From contig JBEIEH010000001.1 in the NCBI GenBank assembly GCA_040383055.1, forward strand, positions 1 through 40,603: a DNA stretch of 40,603 nucleotides. Reading direction: 5' to 3'. Position numbers and translations under genes: made by a program. This document shows positions 26,922 through 37,610 of the stretch, in pieces (position 1 is the first letter of the stretch; every line of letters begins with the position of its first letter). The notes beneath the pieces are model-generated. The model made no database searches. It saw nothing but the letters and a program-made list of their open reading frames with translations, and was not told the origin of the DNA. The stretch comes from Burkholderiaceae bacterium (GTDB lineage Bacteria > Pseudomonadota > Gammaproteobacteria > Burkholderiales > Burkholderiaceae_C).

Positions 26922-29021
26922 ATGGAACTCAAGCGCATCATCGCCCGCGACAGCCGCTCCGCCACCGAAAAAGCCATGTCTTTGTATGGCCCAGACGTGC
27001 TGGTGATCGCCAACCAGAGCATCGACGGTCAAACCGAGTTGATCGTGGCCATCGACATCGCGCCCGAAGCCCCGGCAGCGCTGGTGCGCGAGGCGCCGAC
27101 CGCAGGTTTCCAGACCATGGAGCCCGCCCGTGTGCACAAGCCCGCCAGCGGCAATATGCAAGCCTTTGAAGAGGCCATGGCCTTGGTGCGCAACACCCAG
27201 GCAGCGGTGGCAGAGGCACCTGCCCGTGCTGCCACCAGCGCCCCACGCCATGCCGAGGCCGGTGCGCCAGCGACACCTCACTCAAACGAGGACAGCGCAC
27301 AACGCCACAGCACAGCACCTCGCGCAAGCGGCCGCCGCAGCCAGCGCCACGCCGACGACGCCGCCACGGTGTTCTGGGGCGACATGGCCATCCCCACCTT
27401 GGCCGACATGGGAAAACCCCCAGAGGACAAGCCGGCCACACGCCAGCGCCGCCGTACAGCCGCCGTGGCAGAAGCCCCGGCGATGGCACAACCGACCGTC
27501 GACCGCACCTGCAGCGACCCACTCGACACCGACTGGCAAGTGCCCAGCGTGGGCGACATCACCATTGCACCACGCTCCACCGCGCGTCGGCGCAGCGCCA
27601 CAGCCACCCGCCGAGCCAGCGTCGTCAACGCAACGCCGAATGCGGCCGAGGCCCCCACGCGCTCTGCGCCAGCCGCTGACAAAGCGGCCGTCAAGCGCCC
27701 GAAAGCCAAACCCCGCGCGAACGCCATGCGCGCCAGTAAACCCTGCGTGGCCGACGCACAAACCCATGAAACCAATGCGCAGGCCGATGCACAGACCACC
27801 GATACAGCCTCCAGCGTGCACATCGCCTCCGCACCGGCCAACAGCCACCCGTCCCAAGCGGCAACGCACACTCCGCATGCAGCGCCCAACGAGGCCACCG
27901 CTCAAGCCGAGCGTGGCCGCGAACTGGTGGACTTGGTGCGCGCCGAAATCGCCGCCTTGCGCCAAGAATTTGTCACCAATCTGAAGCTGCAGCAGCTGCA
28001 CACAGGCGGTGTCGCGCACCCTGTGGCCGAGCCCTTGATGGCGGCTTTGGAGCAAGCCGGCGCGCCAGCGGCCCTGCGCGCCTTGCTGCTGGACAGCGCC
28101 CAGTCCGCCACCGACGTGGCCGATGGCGCGCAGCGGGTGCGCGAAGCTTTGACCGCAGGGCTACAAGCCGACGCATTGGCCCTGCCCATGTCGGGCGTAC
28201 ACGCCCTGTGTGGCCCCTCGGGCGCCGGCAAATCGCTCATGGCCGCGCGCTGGCTGCAACAGGCCGCCCAAGACCACGAGAGCGACCGCTTGGCGCTGAT
28301 CAGCTACTGCGACCAGCGACCTGGCGCCTGGAGCCAAACCCAGATGCTGGCCGCCCAGATCGGTGTACTAGCCTATCGCGTCAACAGTCCCGACGCTTTA
28401 CAGACCTTGCTCAGTGAATTGAGCGACCGTGTGCTGGTGGTGATCGACACCCCGGGCACCGAACCCTTGCACCACGCCCAAACGCTGTTGGATCAACTGC
28501 CCCACGTCGGCCTGCACACGGTGCTGCCCGCCGACTCGTCAGCGGCCACGGTGCGGCGCTTTTGGCAAGAGTCGCGCCTGCCCTGGCAGAGCCTGCTGAT
28601 CTCCAAAATCGACGAAAGCGAACAACCTTGGGGCTTGCTGCAACAGCTGTGCAACCAGCGCATACCGATTGCCGGACTGTCCGACAGTCCACACATACAA
28701 GCGCCCCTGCAGCGGTGGCGACCCGATCTGTTGGTGGAGCGCGCTATGGCGCCGGTGGCGGCCCTGTTGCCACCGTTCGAAGTGCCATCGGTGGACGAGC
28801 GAAGGTCCGACGCACCGCGCCCAGTCCATTCCACTGCTGCATCACCAGCTCTTGGCATCGCAGCCGGCGAGGGAGCGGCGCGAGCACGCGCCAATGCAGC
28901 CCACCGAACGCCACCGCCTGCGATTGTGCTCAACCTGCAAGGGCCTGGCCGACGGCGCAGCGATGCGCCGAGCGCCGCCACGCCCAAACACAGGCCACGC
29001 CCCCAGTGGGTCGCCGCCTGA
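26922..29021 (+). CDS. flhF: FlhF-like SRP-family GTPase, enlarged and degenerate
   Basis: MELKRIIARDSRSA..YGPDVLVIAN N-terminus; GPSGAGKS, IDTPG, SKIDE; between flhA and flhG. Confidence 0.85.
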   Translation: MELKRIIARDSRSATEKAMSLYGPDVLVIANQSIDGQTELIVAIDIAPEAPAALVREAPTAGFQTMEPARVHKPASGNMQAFEEAMALVRNTQAAVAEAPARAATSAPRHAEAGAPATPHSNEDSAQRHSTAPRASGRRSQRHADDAATVFWGDMAIPTLADMGKPPEDKPATRQRRRTAAVAEAPAMAQPTVDRTCSDPLDTDWQVPSVGDITIAPRSTARRRSATATRRASVVNATPNAAEAPTRSAPAADKAAVKRPKAKPRANAMRASKPCVADAQTHETNAQADAQTTDTASSVHIASAPANSHPSQAATHTPHAAPNEATAQAERGRELVDLVRAEIAALRQEFVTNLKLQQLHTGGVAHPVAEPLMAALEQAGAPAALRALLLDSAQSATDVADGAQRVREALTAGLQADALALPMSGVHALCGPSGAGKSLMAARWLQQAAQDHESDRLALISYCDQRPGAWSQTQMLAAQIGVLAYRVNSPDALQTLLSELSDRVLVVIDTPGTEPLHHAQTLLDQLPHVGLHTVLPADSSAATVRRFWQESRLPWQSLLISKIDESEQPWGLLQQLCNQRIPIAGLSDSPHIQAPLQRWRPDLLVERAMAPVAALLPPFEVPSVDERRSDAPRPVHSTAASPALGIAAGEGAARARANAAHRTPPPAIVLNLQGPGRRRSDAPSAATPKHRPRPQWVAA

Positions 29022-29051
29022 CGCATCCATTGCCGCCATTCGGGATACAAC

Positions 29052-29882
29052 ATGAAATCACAACAGAGCTGCCCACAGGTCATCGGCATTGCCAGCGGTA
29101 AGGGTGGGGTGGGCAAAACCACGGTGTCGGTCAACCTCGCTGTCGCCTTGGCCCTGCGCGGCCGCAAAGTCATGCTGCTCGACGCCGATTTGGGCATGGC
29201 CAACGCACAGATCTCACTGGGCGTCAAAACCCCATGGAACATTGGCCATGTGCTGCGCGGCGAAAAAACACTCCACGAGGTGGCGGTGACCACGCCCCAG
29301 GGCGTGTCGCTGGTACCCGGCGTCTCAGGCCTGCGCGAGGCTGCCGCGCTCGACATGGCACAAATCGGCGCCATCGTGCACGCCTTTGACGATCTGGAAG
29401 AACCGATCGACTACCTGATCGTCGATGTGGCCGCGGGCATATCGCCCCCCGTGCTGGCCTTCATGGCCGCTTGCCAACGCCGATTTGTGGTGCTGTGCGA
29501 CCAACCCTCGTCCATCGCCGATGCCTACGGCATGATCAAGGTCATGACCTTAGAAGAAGACCTCGATGAGGTCTACCTGATCCCCAATATGGTGGACAGC
29601 CCGCTGGAAGGCAAGCAGCTGTTTGGCCGCATGAACGACGTGTGCACCCGCTTCCTGGGTCAATCGGTGCGCCACCTGGGCAGCATCGAGAGCGACGAGT
29701 TGGTGCCGGCCGCTCAACGCAAATACAAAACCGTGCTCGACTTTGCCCCGGGCAGCAAAGGCGCTGCCGACTTCCGGCGTTTGGCACAAGCGGTCGAAGA
29801 CCTGCCGCCAATCGAACAGCCGAGCGGCCGTTTGCAGTTTTTTATGCAGCGCATGCTGCAAACCTCCACGCTCAGCAGGTGA
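29052..29882 (+). CDS. flhG: MinD-like flagellar number regulator FlhG/FleN
   Basis: [11 protein letters not shown] deviant Walker [26 protein letters not shown]. Confidence 0.93.
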   Translation: MKSQQSCPQVIGIASGKGGVGKTTVSVNLAVALALRGRKVMLLDADLGMANAQISLGVKTPWNIGHVLRGEKTLHEVAVTTPQGVSLVPGVSGLREAAALDMAQIGAIVHAFDDLEEPIDYLIVDVAAGISPPVLAFMAACQRRFVVLCDQPSSIADAYGMIKVMTLEEDLDEVYLIPNMVDSPLEGKQLFGRMNDVCTRFLGQSVRHLGSIESDELVPAAQRKYKTVLDFAPGSKGAADFRRLAQAVEDLPPIEQPSGRLQFFMQRMLQTSTLSR

Positions 29883-29886
29883 CACC

Positions 29887-30594
29887 ATGGCCGCCGCTTT
29901 GGAAATGTACGAAGCCAGCGAGACCCGGCATGAGCAGCTGGTGCTCTCGCACATGCCCATGGTCAAACGGGTGGCGATCCACCTGAAGGCGCGGATTCCG
30001 CCCTTTATGGACTTGGACGAGTTGATCCAGGTGGGCATGCTGGGTCTCATTGAGGCCGCGCGCTCGTATGACCCGACATTGGGTCATGCGTTCGAGAACT
30101 ACGCGCTGCGCAGGGTGCGCGGCGCCATGCTCGACGAGGTGCGCCGGCTGTCCTACTTGCCGCGCTCTGCGGTGTCCTTCAACCGCAGCGAAAGCGAAGC
30201 CCAGCACCAACTGGCCGCCGAGCTGGGTCGTCAGCCCACACAGAGCGAAATCGCCGAGTTCATGGGCCTGTCGATCGACGCCCTGCACCACGAGCGTGGC
30301 CAAGCCCATCGGTCTGAGACCCACTCGATTGAAGACGTGGAAGACGAGGTCATGGCATTGGCCGACGACGCCTCGCAACAGCCCCAGGCCCTGGTGGAGC
30401 ACGCGGAGTTCATGGACGCGGTCACAGAGGCCATCGACGAACTGCCTGACCGCGAAAAACTCATCATGTCGCTGTACTACGTCGAAGAGCTGAACTTGAA
30501 GGAAATCGGCGAGATTCTGGGTGTCAGCGAGTCTCGCGTCAGCCAATTGCTGAGCGCGACCGTCAAAAAGCTGCGAGTGTCACTGAAAATCTGA
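29887..30594 (+). CDS. fliA: Flagellar sigma factor sigma28
   Basis: DELIQVGMLGLIEA, RVRGAMLDEVR, LYYVEELNLKEIGEILGVSESRVSQ. Confidence 0.96.
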   Translation: MAAALEMYEASETRHEQLVLSHMPMVKRVAIHLKARIPPFMDLDELIQVGMLGLIEAARSYDPTLGHAFENYALRRVRGAMLDEVRRLSYLPRSAVSFNRSESEAQHQLAAELGRQPTQSEIAEFMGLSIDALHHERGQAHRSETHSIEDVEDEVMALADDASQQPQALVEHAEFMDAVTEAIDELPDREKLIMSLYYVEELNLKEIGEILGVSESRVSQLLSATVKKLRVSLKI

Positions 30595-30601
30595 CGGCGG
30601 C

Positions 30602-30628
30602 TAAAGTTACCGCCGGCCACTCCGATAC
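30602..30628 (+). promoter_or_regulatory. sigma28 promoter for fliS
   Basis: TAAA-N15-TCCGATAC versus consensus TAAA-N15-GCCGATAA, with extended TAAAGTT. Confidence 0.8.
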
Positions 30629-30662
30629 CTGTTGCAAGGTTTGATTCACATCGGAGTTCACC

Positions 30663-31094
30663 ATGCGCCTGCACAAAAACGCCCTCGACAGCTACGCCGC
30701 CGTTCAAGTCACCACCGGGGTGGCCACCGCCGACAGCGCCCAACTGATCCTGATGCTGTTCGACGGTTTTCTGGAAAGCTTGGCGTTTGCCCGCGGCCAC
30801 ATCCAGCGCAACAACATTGAAGCCAAATCCAAGGCGCTGACCAAGGCCGGTCGCATTGTGTTGGGTCTGCAAAGCGCGCTGGACTTCGACAAGGGCAACC
30901 AACTCGCCCAGAACCTTGATGAGCTCTACAGCTACATCACCCGTCGGCTGTTGCACATCAACGCCAACGACGATCTGCAAGCTCTGGAAGAGGTGCACGG
31001 CCTCATGAGCGACATCCGCGACGCCTGGACCACCCTGCCCGGCGTGCGCGCCCCCGGCATGGGCATGGGCCAGCCGCTGCGCCTAGCGTCCTGA
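30663..31094 (+). CDS. fliS: Flagellin export chaperone FliS
   Basis: LILMLFDG, LQSALDFDKG..LAQNLDELYSY, IRDAW. Confidence 0.95.
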   Translation: MRLHKNALDSYAAVQVTTGVATADSAQLILMLFDGFLESLAFARGHIQRNNIEAKSKALTKAGRIVLGLQSALDFDKGNQLAQNLDELYSYITRRLLHINANDDLQALEEVHGLMSDIRDAWTTLPGVRAPGMGMGQPLRLAS

Positions 31095-31124
31095 GTCGCC
31101 ACCGCGCCGCACTCGCTGCGGCGC

Positions 31125-32378
31125 TCAATCGGGCAAAAACAGCGACTGCACGTCGCTCAGAAAATCAAATCCCCTCTCGGTGGGCCGCACCCAGTCCCCA
31201 TCGATCACCAGCCAGCCCGACGCGCTGGCTTTTTTGATGGGCGCGTCGATGGTCGACAAAGGCAGTCCGGTGGTGGCGGCAAAGTCCGCCAGCGAAAAGC
31301 CGTCGCGCAAGCGCAAGGCGTTGAGCATGAACTCAAACGGCAACTCGCTGCGTTTGACCGCCTCGGTCTGCGCCACCGCGTCGCCACGCGCCGCGCCCTC
31401 CATGTAGCGGCGCGGGTCGCGCAGCCGCACCTGGCGCATGACGCGGTGGGCAAAACTGAGCTTGCTGTGGGCGCCAGCGCCAATGCCCAAGTAGTCGCCA
31501 AACTGCCAATAGTTCTGGTTGTGGCCGCAGCGGTGACCGGGCCGCGCGTAAGCCGACACCTCGTAGCGCTGCAGGCCGGCGGCGGCGGTTCCCTCGGTAA
31601 TGGCGTCGAGCATGGCCCAGGCCTCGTCCTCGGGCGGCAAGCTGGGCGGGAATTTGGCGAAATAGGTGTTGGGCTCCAGCGTCAGGTGATAGACCGAGAG
31701 GTGCGGCGGCGCAAACGACAGCGCTGTGGCCAGGTCGGCTTGCAGCTGCGCCAGCGTCTGCCCCGGCAAGGCGTACATCAGGTCGAGGTTGAAGGTGTCA
31801 AAACACTCGGCCGCCTCCGCCACCGCTGCGCGGGCTTGGGCACCGTCGTGCACCCGGCCAATCGCCTGCAAATGGGCATCAGAAAAGCTCTGCACCCCAA
31901 CCGACAGCCGCGTCACACCCGCCGCCCGGTAGGCGCGGAAACGGTCTTTCTCAAACGTCCCCGGGTTGGCCTCCAAGGTGATTTCGGCGTCGGGCACCAG
32001 TGGCAACAAGGCGCGCACGCTGTTGAGCAAGCGCTCAATGCCGGCCGGCGAAAACAGGCTGGGGGTGCCACCGCCAATGAACACCGTGTGCACCGCCCTA
32101 CCCCACACCAGCGGCAGCGCCGACACCAGATCGGCTTGCAGCGCGTCCAGATAGGCCGATTCCGGCAATTCACCGCTGTTGGCGCCCCATTCGTGGGAGT
32201 TGAAGTCGCAATACGGGCATTTGCGCAAACACCAGGGCAAATGGATATAGAGCGACAGCGGCGGCAGCCCCTGCAGCTGCATGGTACCGGGGCGCATCCA
32301 GTGCGCCACATCGCGCCAGTCGGTGCCGGCGGATGGTTCGGCTTCTGTCTTGATCGGTATCGAACGGGTGCTCATCAT
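31125..32378 (-). CDS. hemW: Radical SAM heme chaperone HemW (HemN-like)
   Basis: LYIHLPWCLRKCPYCDFNSH, GGGTPS, EANP, YEVSAY, HNQNYW; downstream of rdgB. Exact start uncertain. Confidence 0.93.
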   Translation of the reverse strand: MMSTRSIPIKTEAEPSAGTDWRDVAHWMRPGTMQLQGLPPLSLYIHLPWCLRKCPYCDFNSHEWGANSGELPESAYLDALQADLVSALPLVWGRAVHTVFIGGGTPSLFSPAGIERLLNSVRALLPLVPDAEITLEANPGTFEKDRFRAYRAAGVTRLSVGVQSFSDAHLQAIGRVHDGAQARAAVAEAAECFDTFNLDLMYALPGQTLAQLQADLATALSFAPPHLSVYHLTLEPNTYFAKFPPSLPPEDEAWAMLDAITEGTAAAGLQRYEVSAYARPGHRCGHNQNYWQFGDYLGIGAGAHSKLSFAHRVMRQVRLRDPRRYMEGAARGDAVAQTEAVKRSELPFEFMLNALRLRDGFSLADFAATTGLPLSTIDAPIKKASASGWLVIDGDWVRPTERGFDFLSDVQSLFLPD

Positions 32379-32391
32379 CACCGTTCAGTCG

Positions 32392-33021
32392 TCAAGCCTT
32401 AGGCCACCAGCACTCGCGCATGAGTTCGCGCATGCGCAGCGCGGCCTTGCCACGGTGGCTGTGGCGGTTTTTTTCCTCTGCTGGCAGTTCGGCGAAGGTT
32501 TTGCCCAATTCGGGCAAGAACATGACCGGATCGAAGCCAAAGCCACCATCGCCTTGTTTCGCATGGGTGATGAGACCAGGCGCGCGGCCCACCGCCACCA
32601 GCGGCTCCGGGTCGTCGGCGCTGCGCACCGCCACCAAGGTGCTCACCAAGGCGGCGCGCCGGTTGCTCTGGCCCTGCATCTGCTCCAACAAGGCGCGCAC
32701 ATTGTGTTCGTCGCCCTTGGGGTAGCCGAACTGGGTGGCGTAATACGCCGTGTCCACCCCGGGCAGGCCGCCAAAGGCGTCGACACACAGGCCGGCGTCG
32801 TCGGCCAGCGCCGGCAAGCCGGTGTGGGCGGCGGCAAAACGCGCTTTGGACAAGGCATTTTCAATGAAGGTGCGGTGTGGCTCGGGCGCCTCGCCCACAC
32901 CCAGTTCGGCCTGACGCACCAGAGCCACCCCCAGTGGCGCCAGCAAAGCCTGCAGCTCGGCCAGCTTGCCCGCATTGTTCGAGGCCAGCACCAGCTGGCG
33001 CACAGCGCCCCCCGTGCTCAC
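32392..33021 (-). CDS. rdgB: dITP/XTP pyrophosphatase
   Basis: [41 protein letters not shown]. Confidence 0.95.
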   Translation of the reverse strand: MSTGGAVRQLVLASNNAGKLAELQALLAPLGVALVRQAELGVGEAPEPHRTFIENALSKARFAAAHTGLPALADDAGLCVDAFGGLPGVDTAYYATQFGYPKGDEHNVRALLEQMQGQSNRRAALVSTLVAVRSADDPEPLVAVGRAPGLITHAKQGDGGFGFDPVMFLPELGKTFAELPAEEKNRHSHRGKAALRMRELMRECWWPKA

Positions 33022-33749
33022 ACCAGCCCCAGCGCCTGGCGCTGCAGACCCACCAACTCGCGGATGCCGGCGTCGGCCAAGTCGAGCAAGGCGTTCATTT
33101 CGGCGCGGTCAAACGCCGCGCCCTCGGCGGTGCCCTGCACTTCCACAAAGTGCCCAGCGCCGGTCATCACCACATTCATGTCGGTGTCGCAGGCCGAGTC
33201 TTCCACATAGGCCAGGTCCAGCAGCGGCACACCCTGGTGAATGCCCACTGACACCGCCGCCACATGGTCTCGAATCGGAGAGGCTGTCAACTTGCCGTCG
33301 GCCAATAGGCGCGACACCGCGTCGTGAGCGGCCACAAACGCGCCGGTGATGGCCGCTGTGCGGGTGCCGCCGTCGGCCTGCAACACATCGCAGTCGATGG
33401 TAAGCGTGCGCTCACCCAAGGCTTTGAGGTCAAACACCGCGCGCAGCGAACGGCCAATCAAGCGCTGAATCTCTTGCGTGCGGCCACTTTGTTTGCCTTT
33501 GGCGGCCTCGCGGTCGCTGCGGGTGTGGGTGGCGCGCGGCAGCATGCCGTATTCGGCGGTGACCCAGCCCTCGCCGCTGCCGCGTTTGTGCGGCGGCACT
33601 TTTTCTTCCACCGAAGCGGTGCACAGCACCCGGGTCTGGCCACATTCGATCAGCACCGAGCCCTCGGCGTGGATGGTGAACTGGCGCGTCAGACGCACCG
33701 AGCGCAAAGCGTTGAGGGCACGGCCATCGGCGCGGGTGTATGAAGACAT
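33018..33749 (-). CDS. rph: Ribonuclease PH
   Basis: [50 protein letters not shown]; ATG 33749. Confidence 0.97.
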   Translation of the reverse strand: MSSYTRADGRALNALRSVRLTRQFTIHAEGSVLIECGQTRVLCTASVEEKVPPHKRGSGEGWVTAEYGMLPRATHTRSDREAAKGKQSGRTQEIQRLIGRSLRAVFDLKALGERTLTIDCDVLQADGGTRTAAITGAFVAAHDAVSRLLADGKLTASPIRDHVAAVSVGIHQGVPLLDLAYVEDSACDTDMNVVMTGAGHFVEVQGTAEGAAFDRAEMNALLDLADAGIRELVGLQRQALGLV

Positions 33750-33765
33750 CAAATACTCTCGGGGT

Positions 33766-34671
33766 TCAGGATTTGCGTGCCGCTGCCTTGCGGATCGCAT
33801 CGTTGATTTCAGCGATGGTGCGCTCAATGGTCTCGTCGTCCATGTCCCACACACTGTCGCTGGCCTGCACGGCGGCATTGGCATCCAGGGTCGAGGCAAA
33901 CACCCCATCCTGCAGCGCCTCTGTGCTGACACGGGTGGCGCGAAAATCATCCTGCGCCTCCAAGTCAACCGCCAGTGCACTCACATTGTCGGCTTTTGCG
34001 CCCGAACGCCGCAGCGCCTCGTTCACCAAGCGGTCCACCGCATCTTCCAAAGGCCCTTGGCTCATGCCTTTGACCAACTCCTGATCGCTCAAGGCAGACC
34101 ACAACCCGTCCGAACACAGCAGTATCCGATCTCCGCTGTGCAGCTCCAAAGGACCGCTCACGTCAAAAAGCGGCGCGGAGGACGACCCCAGACAACTGAA
34201 GAGCATGTTGCGGTTGCCAGGGGGTGCGCCCGCCACCGTTTTCTGCCGCTCCAGCATGGAGTGGTCCCGGGTGCGCAACAGGGCGCGTCCTTCACGCACC
34301 ACGTACAGGCGTGAATCGCCACAGTGGATACCATGCAGCCAGTTGCGTTCAATCACCGCCGCCACCAAGGTGGTGCGCGGGGTATCGAGCATGCCTTTGT
34401 CGGCCGCATAGCGCACGATGTGGTGATGTGCGTGCAGCAAACTGCCCGACAGAAAGGCCGGCACCTGCCGCAACAAGGGCTGCGCCATGTGCTGAAAACG
34501 GCCAGACAGCGTTTGCAAAGCCAAATGCGCGGCGGTCGCCCCCTCGGGGTGTCCGCCCATGCCATCGGCCAGCATGAACAAGCACGATTGCCGGGTGTAG
34601 CAGTAGCCCATCCGATCCTCGTTGCGCTCCCGGCCCCCTTGCTGGCTGTTCTGGTGAACCGAAAACCTCAT
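33766..34671 (-). CDS. PP2C-family Ser/Thr protein phosphatase
   Basis: [38 protein letters not shown]. Confidence 0.93.
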   Translation of the reverse strand: MRFSVHQNSQQGGRERNEDRMGYCYTRQSCLFMLADGMGGHPEGATAAHLALQTLSGRFQHMAQPLLRQVPAFLSGSLLHAHHHIVRYAADKGMLDTPRTTLVAAVIERNWLHGIHCGDSRLYVVREGRALLRTRDHSMLERQKTVAGAPPGNRNMLFSCLGSSSAPLFDVSGPLELHSGDRILLCSDGLWSALSDQELVKGMSQGPLEDAVDRLVNEALRRSGAKADNVSALAVDLEAQDDFRATRVSTEALQDGVFASTLDANAAVQASDSVWDMDDETIERTIAEINDAIRKAAARKS

Positions 34672-35672
34672 CGTTTGGGTGCTCCACCCACCGTTGACGC
34701 CTTGGGCGCCACCGCCTCAGCCACCATGTTGTCGAGTTGCATCCGCATGCGCTCCGTCACCGACAACTTGGTGTACGAGCGAGTGCCTGGCTTGGACAAT
34801 TCTTTTTGCAAGGCGAACACCGACGGCGGTCGATTCTGGGCATCCATCGCCATGCACCATTGCACCATTTCAATCAGGTTATCGGAGTAAATGCCGCGCA
34901 ATCGGGCCATATTCGCCGCCAATCGATCCTTTTCCTGTCGCTGCGGGGCGTCTGGCGGTGGGTAGCCGTGCATACAGGCGTAGATGCAGGCGCCAATCGC
35001 ATAGATGTCGGTCCAAGGTCCCATGGACGAATCGCGCCGGTACATCTCGGGCGACGCAAAACCCGGCGTGTACATGGGACGCACAAAATTGCCTTCTTTG
35101 CTGAGCACCTCACGAGCGGCACCAAAGTCAATCAACACGGAGCGGTTGTCGTCTGTGATGAAGATGTTGGCGGGTTTGATGTCCAAATGCAGCATCTTGT
35201 GCTGATGAACAATACGCAACCCTCGCAACACCTCGTCGAACAAAGAGCGAATGGTGGACTCGCGCAGAATTTTGGGGCGTTTCAGATCGCGCGAAATGAT
35301 GATGTAGTCTTGCAGCGATGCGCCGTCAAGATAGTTCATCACCATGTAAACCGTCTCGTTCTCACGAAAAAAGTTGAGAACACTCACAACCGACGCGTGA
35401 GAAATCTGGGCCAGCGCACGGCCCTCCTCAAAAAAGCTCTTGAGGCCCAGCCGGTACAGCGAGAGCTTTTCAGGCGCCACTTTGGGCGAGAGTTGACCGG
35501 GATCGCGGGTGGCCAACGTGGCGGGAATGTATTCTTTGATGGCGACTTGCTGACCATCGGCGTCGATCGCAAGATACACCAAACCAAAGCCACCAGCGGC
35601 CAGCTTGCGCACGATGCGGTAGCCACCAACCATGGTGTCGGGCGGCAAGGGCGCGGGCTTGACCTTTGACAT
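34668..35672 (-). CDS. Hanks-type Ser/Thr protein kinase (cytoplasmic)
   Basis: GGFGLVY, VAIKEY, HLDIKPANI, DFGAAR, TPGFASPE, TDIYAIG; ATG 35672 (MSKVKPAPL). Confidence 0.94.
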   Translation of the reverse strand: MSKVKPAPLPPDTMVGGYRIVRKLAAGGFGLVYLAIDADGQQVAIKEYIPATLATRDPGQLSPKVAPEKLSLYRLGLKSFFEEGRALAQISHASVVSVLNFFRENETVYMVMNYLDGASLQDYIIISRDLKRPKILRESTIRSLFDEVLRGLRIVHQHKMLHLDIKPANIFITDDNRSVLIDFGAAREVLSKEGNFVRPMYTPGFASPEMYRRDSSMGPWTDIYAIGACIYACMHGYPPPDAPQRQEKDRLAANMARLRGIYSDNLIEMVQWCMAMDAQNRPPSVFALQKELSKPGTRSYTKLSVTERMRMQLDNMVAEAVAPKASTVGGAPKR

Positions 35673-35738
35673 AATCGGCGGACGCTCCAGGCGTCTGGGC
35701 GCTATATAAACAGTCAACAACTAGAGGGATTCAGCTCT

Positions 35739-36650
35739 ATGCCAGTTTACAGTATGACCGGTTATGCCATGGTGCATGGCGAGCTCGCCGGTGATGCGTC
35801 GGCAACGGCTGATACCGGCGCCGTGCCGCTTCAGTTGGGCGTAGAGATCCGCTCGGTCAACAGCCGCTTCCTCGACCTCACCTTCAAACTCGGCGACGAC
35901 CTGCGCCCGGCGGAGCCCGCGCTGCGCGAGCTCATGACACAGCGGCTCAAGCGCGGCAAAGTCGAGTTGCGTGCTTGGGTGGAAGGCCGAACAGCCACCA
36001 ACGGCTTGGCGCCGAGCGCTTCCACCCTGCTCAAACTGAGTGCTGCCCAGTCGGCGGTGCTGCAGGCACTGCCCGAGGCCCGCCCCCTGTCGGTGGCCGA
36101 GGTCTTGCAATGGGGCCAACAACGCGACACAGACACCAGCGCCTGGACCTCAGCGCTGCAGCGTTTTGCCCGCGATGCCATTGAGCAATTGGTGGCCTCG
36201 CGCCAACGCGAGGGACAGCGCTTGGCCGACACCCTGCTTGACCGGACCCTGCAACTGAGGCAACTGGCGCAAACCGCTCAACCCCTCATCCCCCTGCTGG
36301 TGGAACAACAGCGCCTGCGCTTTCTGGAACGCTGGAACGACGCCTTGGGGCAAACAGACATCCCCGCCGACAGCGCCCGTGAGCGCGCACTCACCGAAGC
36401 CACCGCCTTTGCCATCCGCATCGACGTGGCCGAAGAACTCACCCGCCTGCACGCCCACCTCGACGAAATCGAGCGCCTGCTGACCCAAGGCACAGAAGTG
36501 GGCAAACGCCTCGACTTCATCATCCAAGAACTGCACCGAGAGGCCAACACCTTGGGCTCCAAATCCTCCAGCCTGGAACTCACCCGCATTTCGGTGGACA
36601 TGAAGGTGCTGATCGAGCAAATGCGCGAGCAGGTACAAAACCTAGAATGA
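35739..36650 (+). CDS. yicC: YicC/YloC family endoribonuclease
   Basis: [52 protein letters not shown]. Confidence 0.93.
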   Translation: MPVYSMTGYAMVHGELAGDASATADTGAVPLQLGVEIRSVNSRFLDLTFKLGDDLRPAEPALRELMTQRLKRGKVELRAWVEGRTATNGLAPSASTLLKLSAAQSAVLQALPEARPLSVAEVLQWGQQRDTDTSAWTSALQRFARDAIEQLVASRQREGQRLADTLLDRTLQLRQLAQTAQPLIPLLVEQQRLRFLERWNDALGQTDIPADSARERALTEATAFAIRIDVAEELTRLHAHLDEIERLLTQGTEVGKRLDFIIQELHREANTLGSKSSSLELTRISVDMKVLIEQMREQVQNLE

Positions 36651-37273
36651 CGATGCAATACCCTGGCAATCTGTTTGTGGTGGCCGCCCCCAGCGGCGCG
36701 GGCAAATCCAGCCTGGTCAAGGCGCTGATGGAGTTGGACGCCCGCGTCATGCCCTCCATTTCCCACACCACCCGCGCACCGCGTGGCCAAGAAGTGCATG
36801 GCCGTGAATACTATTTCGTGAGCAACGACACCTTCGACCAGATGGTGCAACAGGACGCGTTTGTCGAATGGGCCCAGGTGCATGGCAATCGCTACGGCAC
36901 TTCCAAGTCTGCGATTGAGCAACGCATGAGCCAAGGCGTGGATGTGTTGCTGGAAATCGACTACCAAGGGGCGCAACAGGTCAAACGTTTGTTCCCATCG
37001 GCGGTGCTGATTTTTGTGCTGCCTCCGAGCTGGAACGAGCTGCGATCGCGATTAGAGCGACGTGCGGAAGACAGCGCTGAGGTCATCGAAGTCCGCCTGC
37101 AAAACGCCGCTCAAGAAATGGCACAGGCCAAAAACTTTGACTTCGTTATAATCAATGAGTTGTTTGAGCGCGCTTTGTTTGACCTCAAAGCCATCGTTCA
37201 CGCCCAGCGCCTGCGCTTTAGCGCGCAGCGCATCGCCCGCAGCGATGTGTTTGGCGCTCTGAATATCCTTTGA
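36647..37273 (+). CDS. gmk: Guanylate kinase
   Basis: [32 protein letters not shown]. Confidence 0.97.
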   Translation: MTMQYPGNLFVVAAPSGAGKSSLVKALMELDARVMPSISHTTRAPRGQEVHGREYYFVSNDTFDQMVQQDAFVEWAQVHGNRYGTSKSAIEQRMSQGVDVLLEIDYQGAQQVKRLFPSAVLIFVLPPSWNELRSRLERRAEDSAEVIEVRLQNAAQEMAQAKNFDFVIINELFERALFDLKAIVHAQRLRFSAQRIARSDVFGALNIL

Positions 37274-37294
37274 TCACCGCACCGGAGAGCCCGC

Positions 37295-37498
37295 ATGGCC
37301 CGTATCACCGTTGAAGATTGCCTGGAAAAGATTCCCAACCGCTTTCAGCTGGTGCTGGCGGCCACCTACCGGGCTCGCATGCTGAGCCAAGGCCACACCC
37401 CCCGGGTGGAAACCAAAAACAAGCCCGCCGTGACCGCGCTGCGTGAAATCGCAGAAGGCAAGGTTGGCCTGGAAATGTTGAAAAAAGTGCCGACCTGA
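37295..37498 (+). CDS. rpoZ: RNA polymerase omega subunit
   Basis: [34 protein letters not shown]. Confidence 0.98.
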   Translation: MARITVEDCLEKIPNRFQLVLAATYRARMLSQGHTPRVETKNKPAVTALREIAEGKVGLEMLKKVPT

Positions 37499-37516
37499 GC
37501 ACGGATCAAAACCCTC

Positions 37517-37550
37517 AAAAAAACACCGCCTGCGCGCGGTGTTTTTTTTT
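37517..37550 (+). terminator. Intrinsic terminator between rpoZ and spoT
   Basis: AAAAAAACACCGC-CTGCGC-GCGGTG followed by T9. Confidence 0.85.
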
Positions 37551-37610
37551 AATCTTGCACATAGGTGAGAAACGACAACGGTTTTCCTTGGCAAACGCTA
37601 CAGTAACACC

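Noticed and set aside
14200-31100. Accessory block as an intact mobile element
   Set aside because: No integrase, transposase or flanking direct repeats seen; foreign origin remains an inference only.
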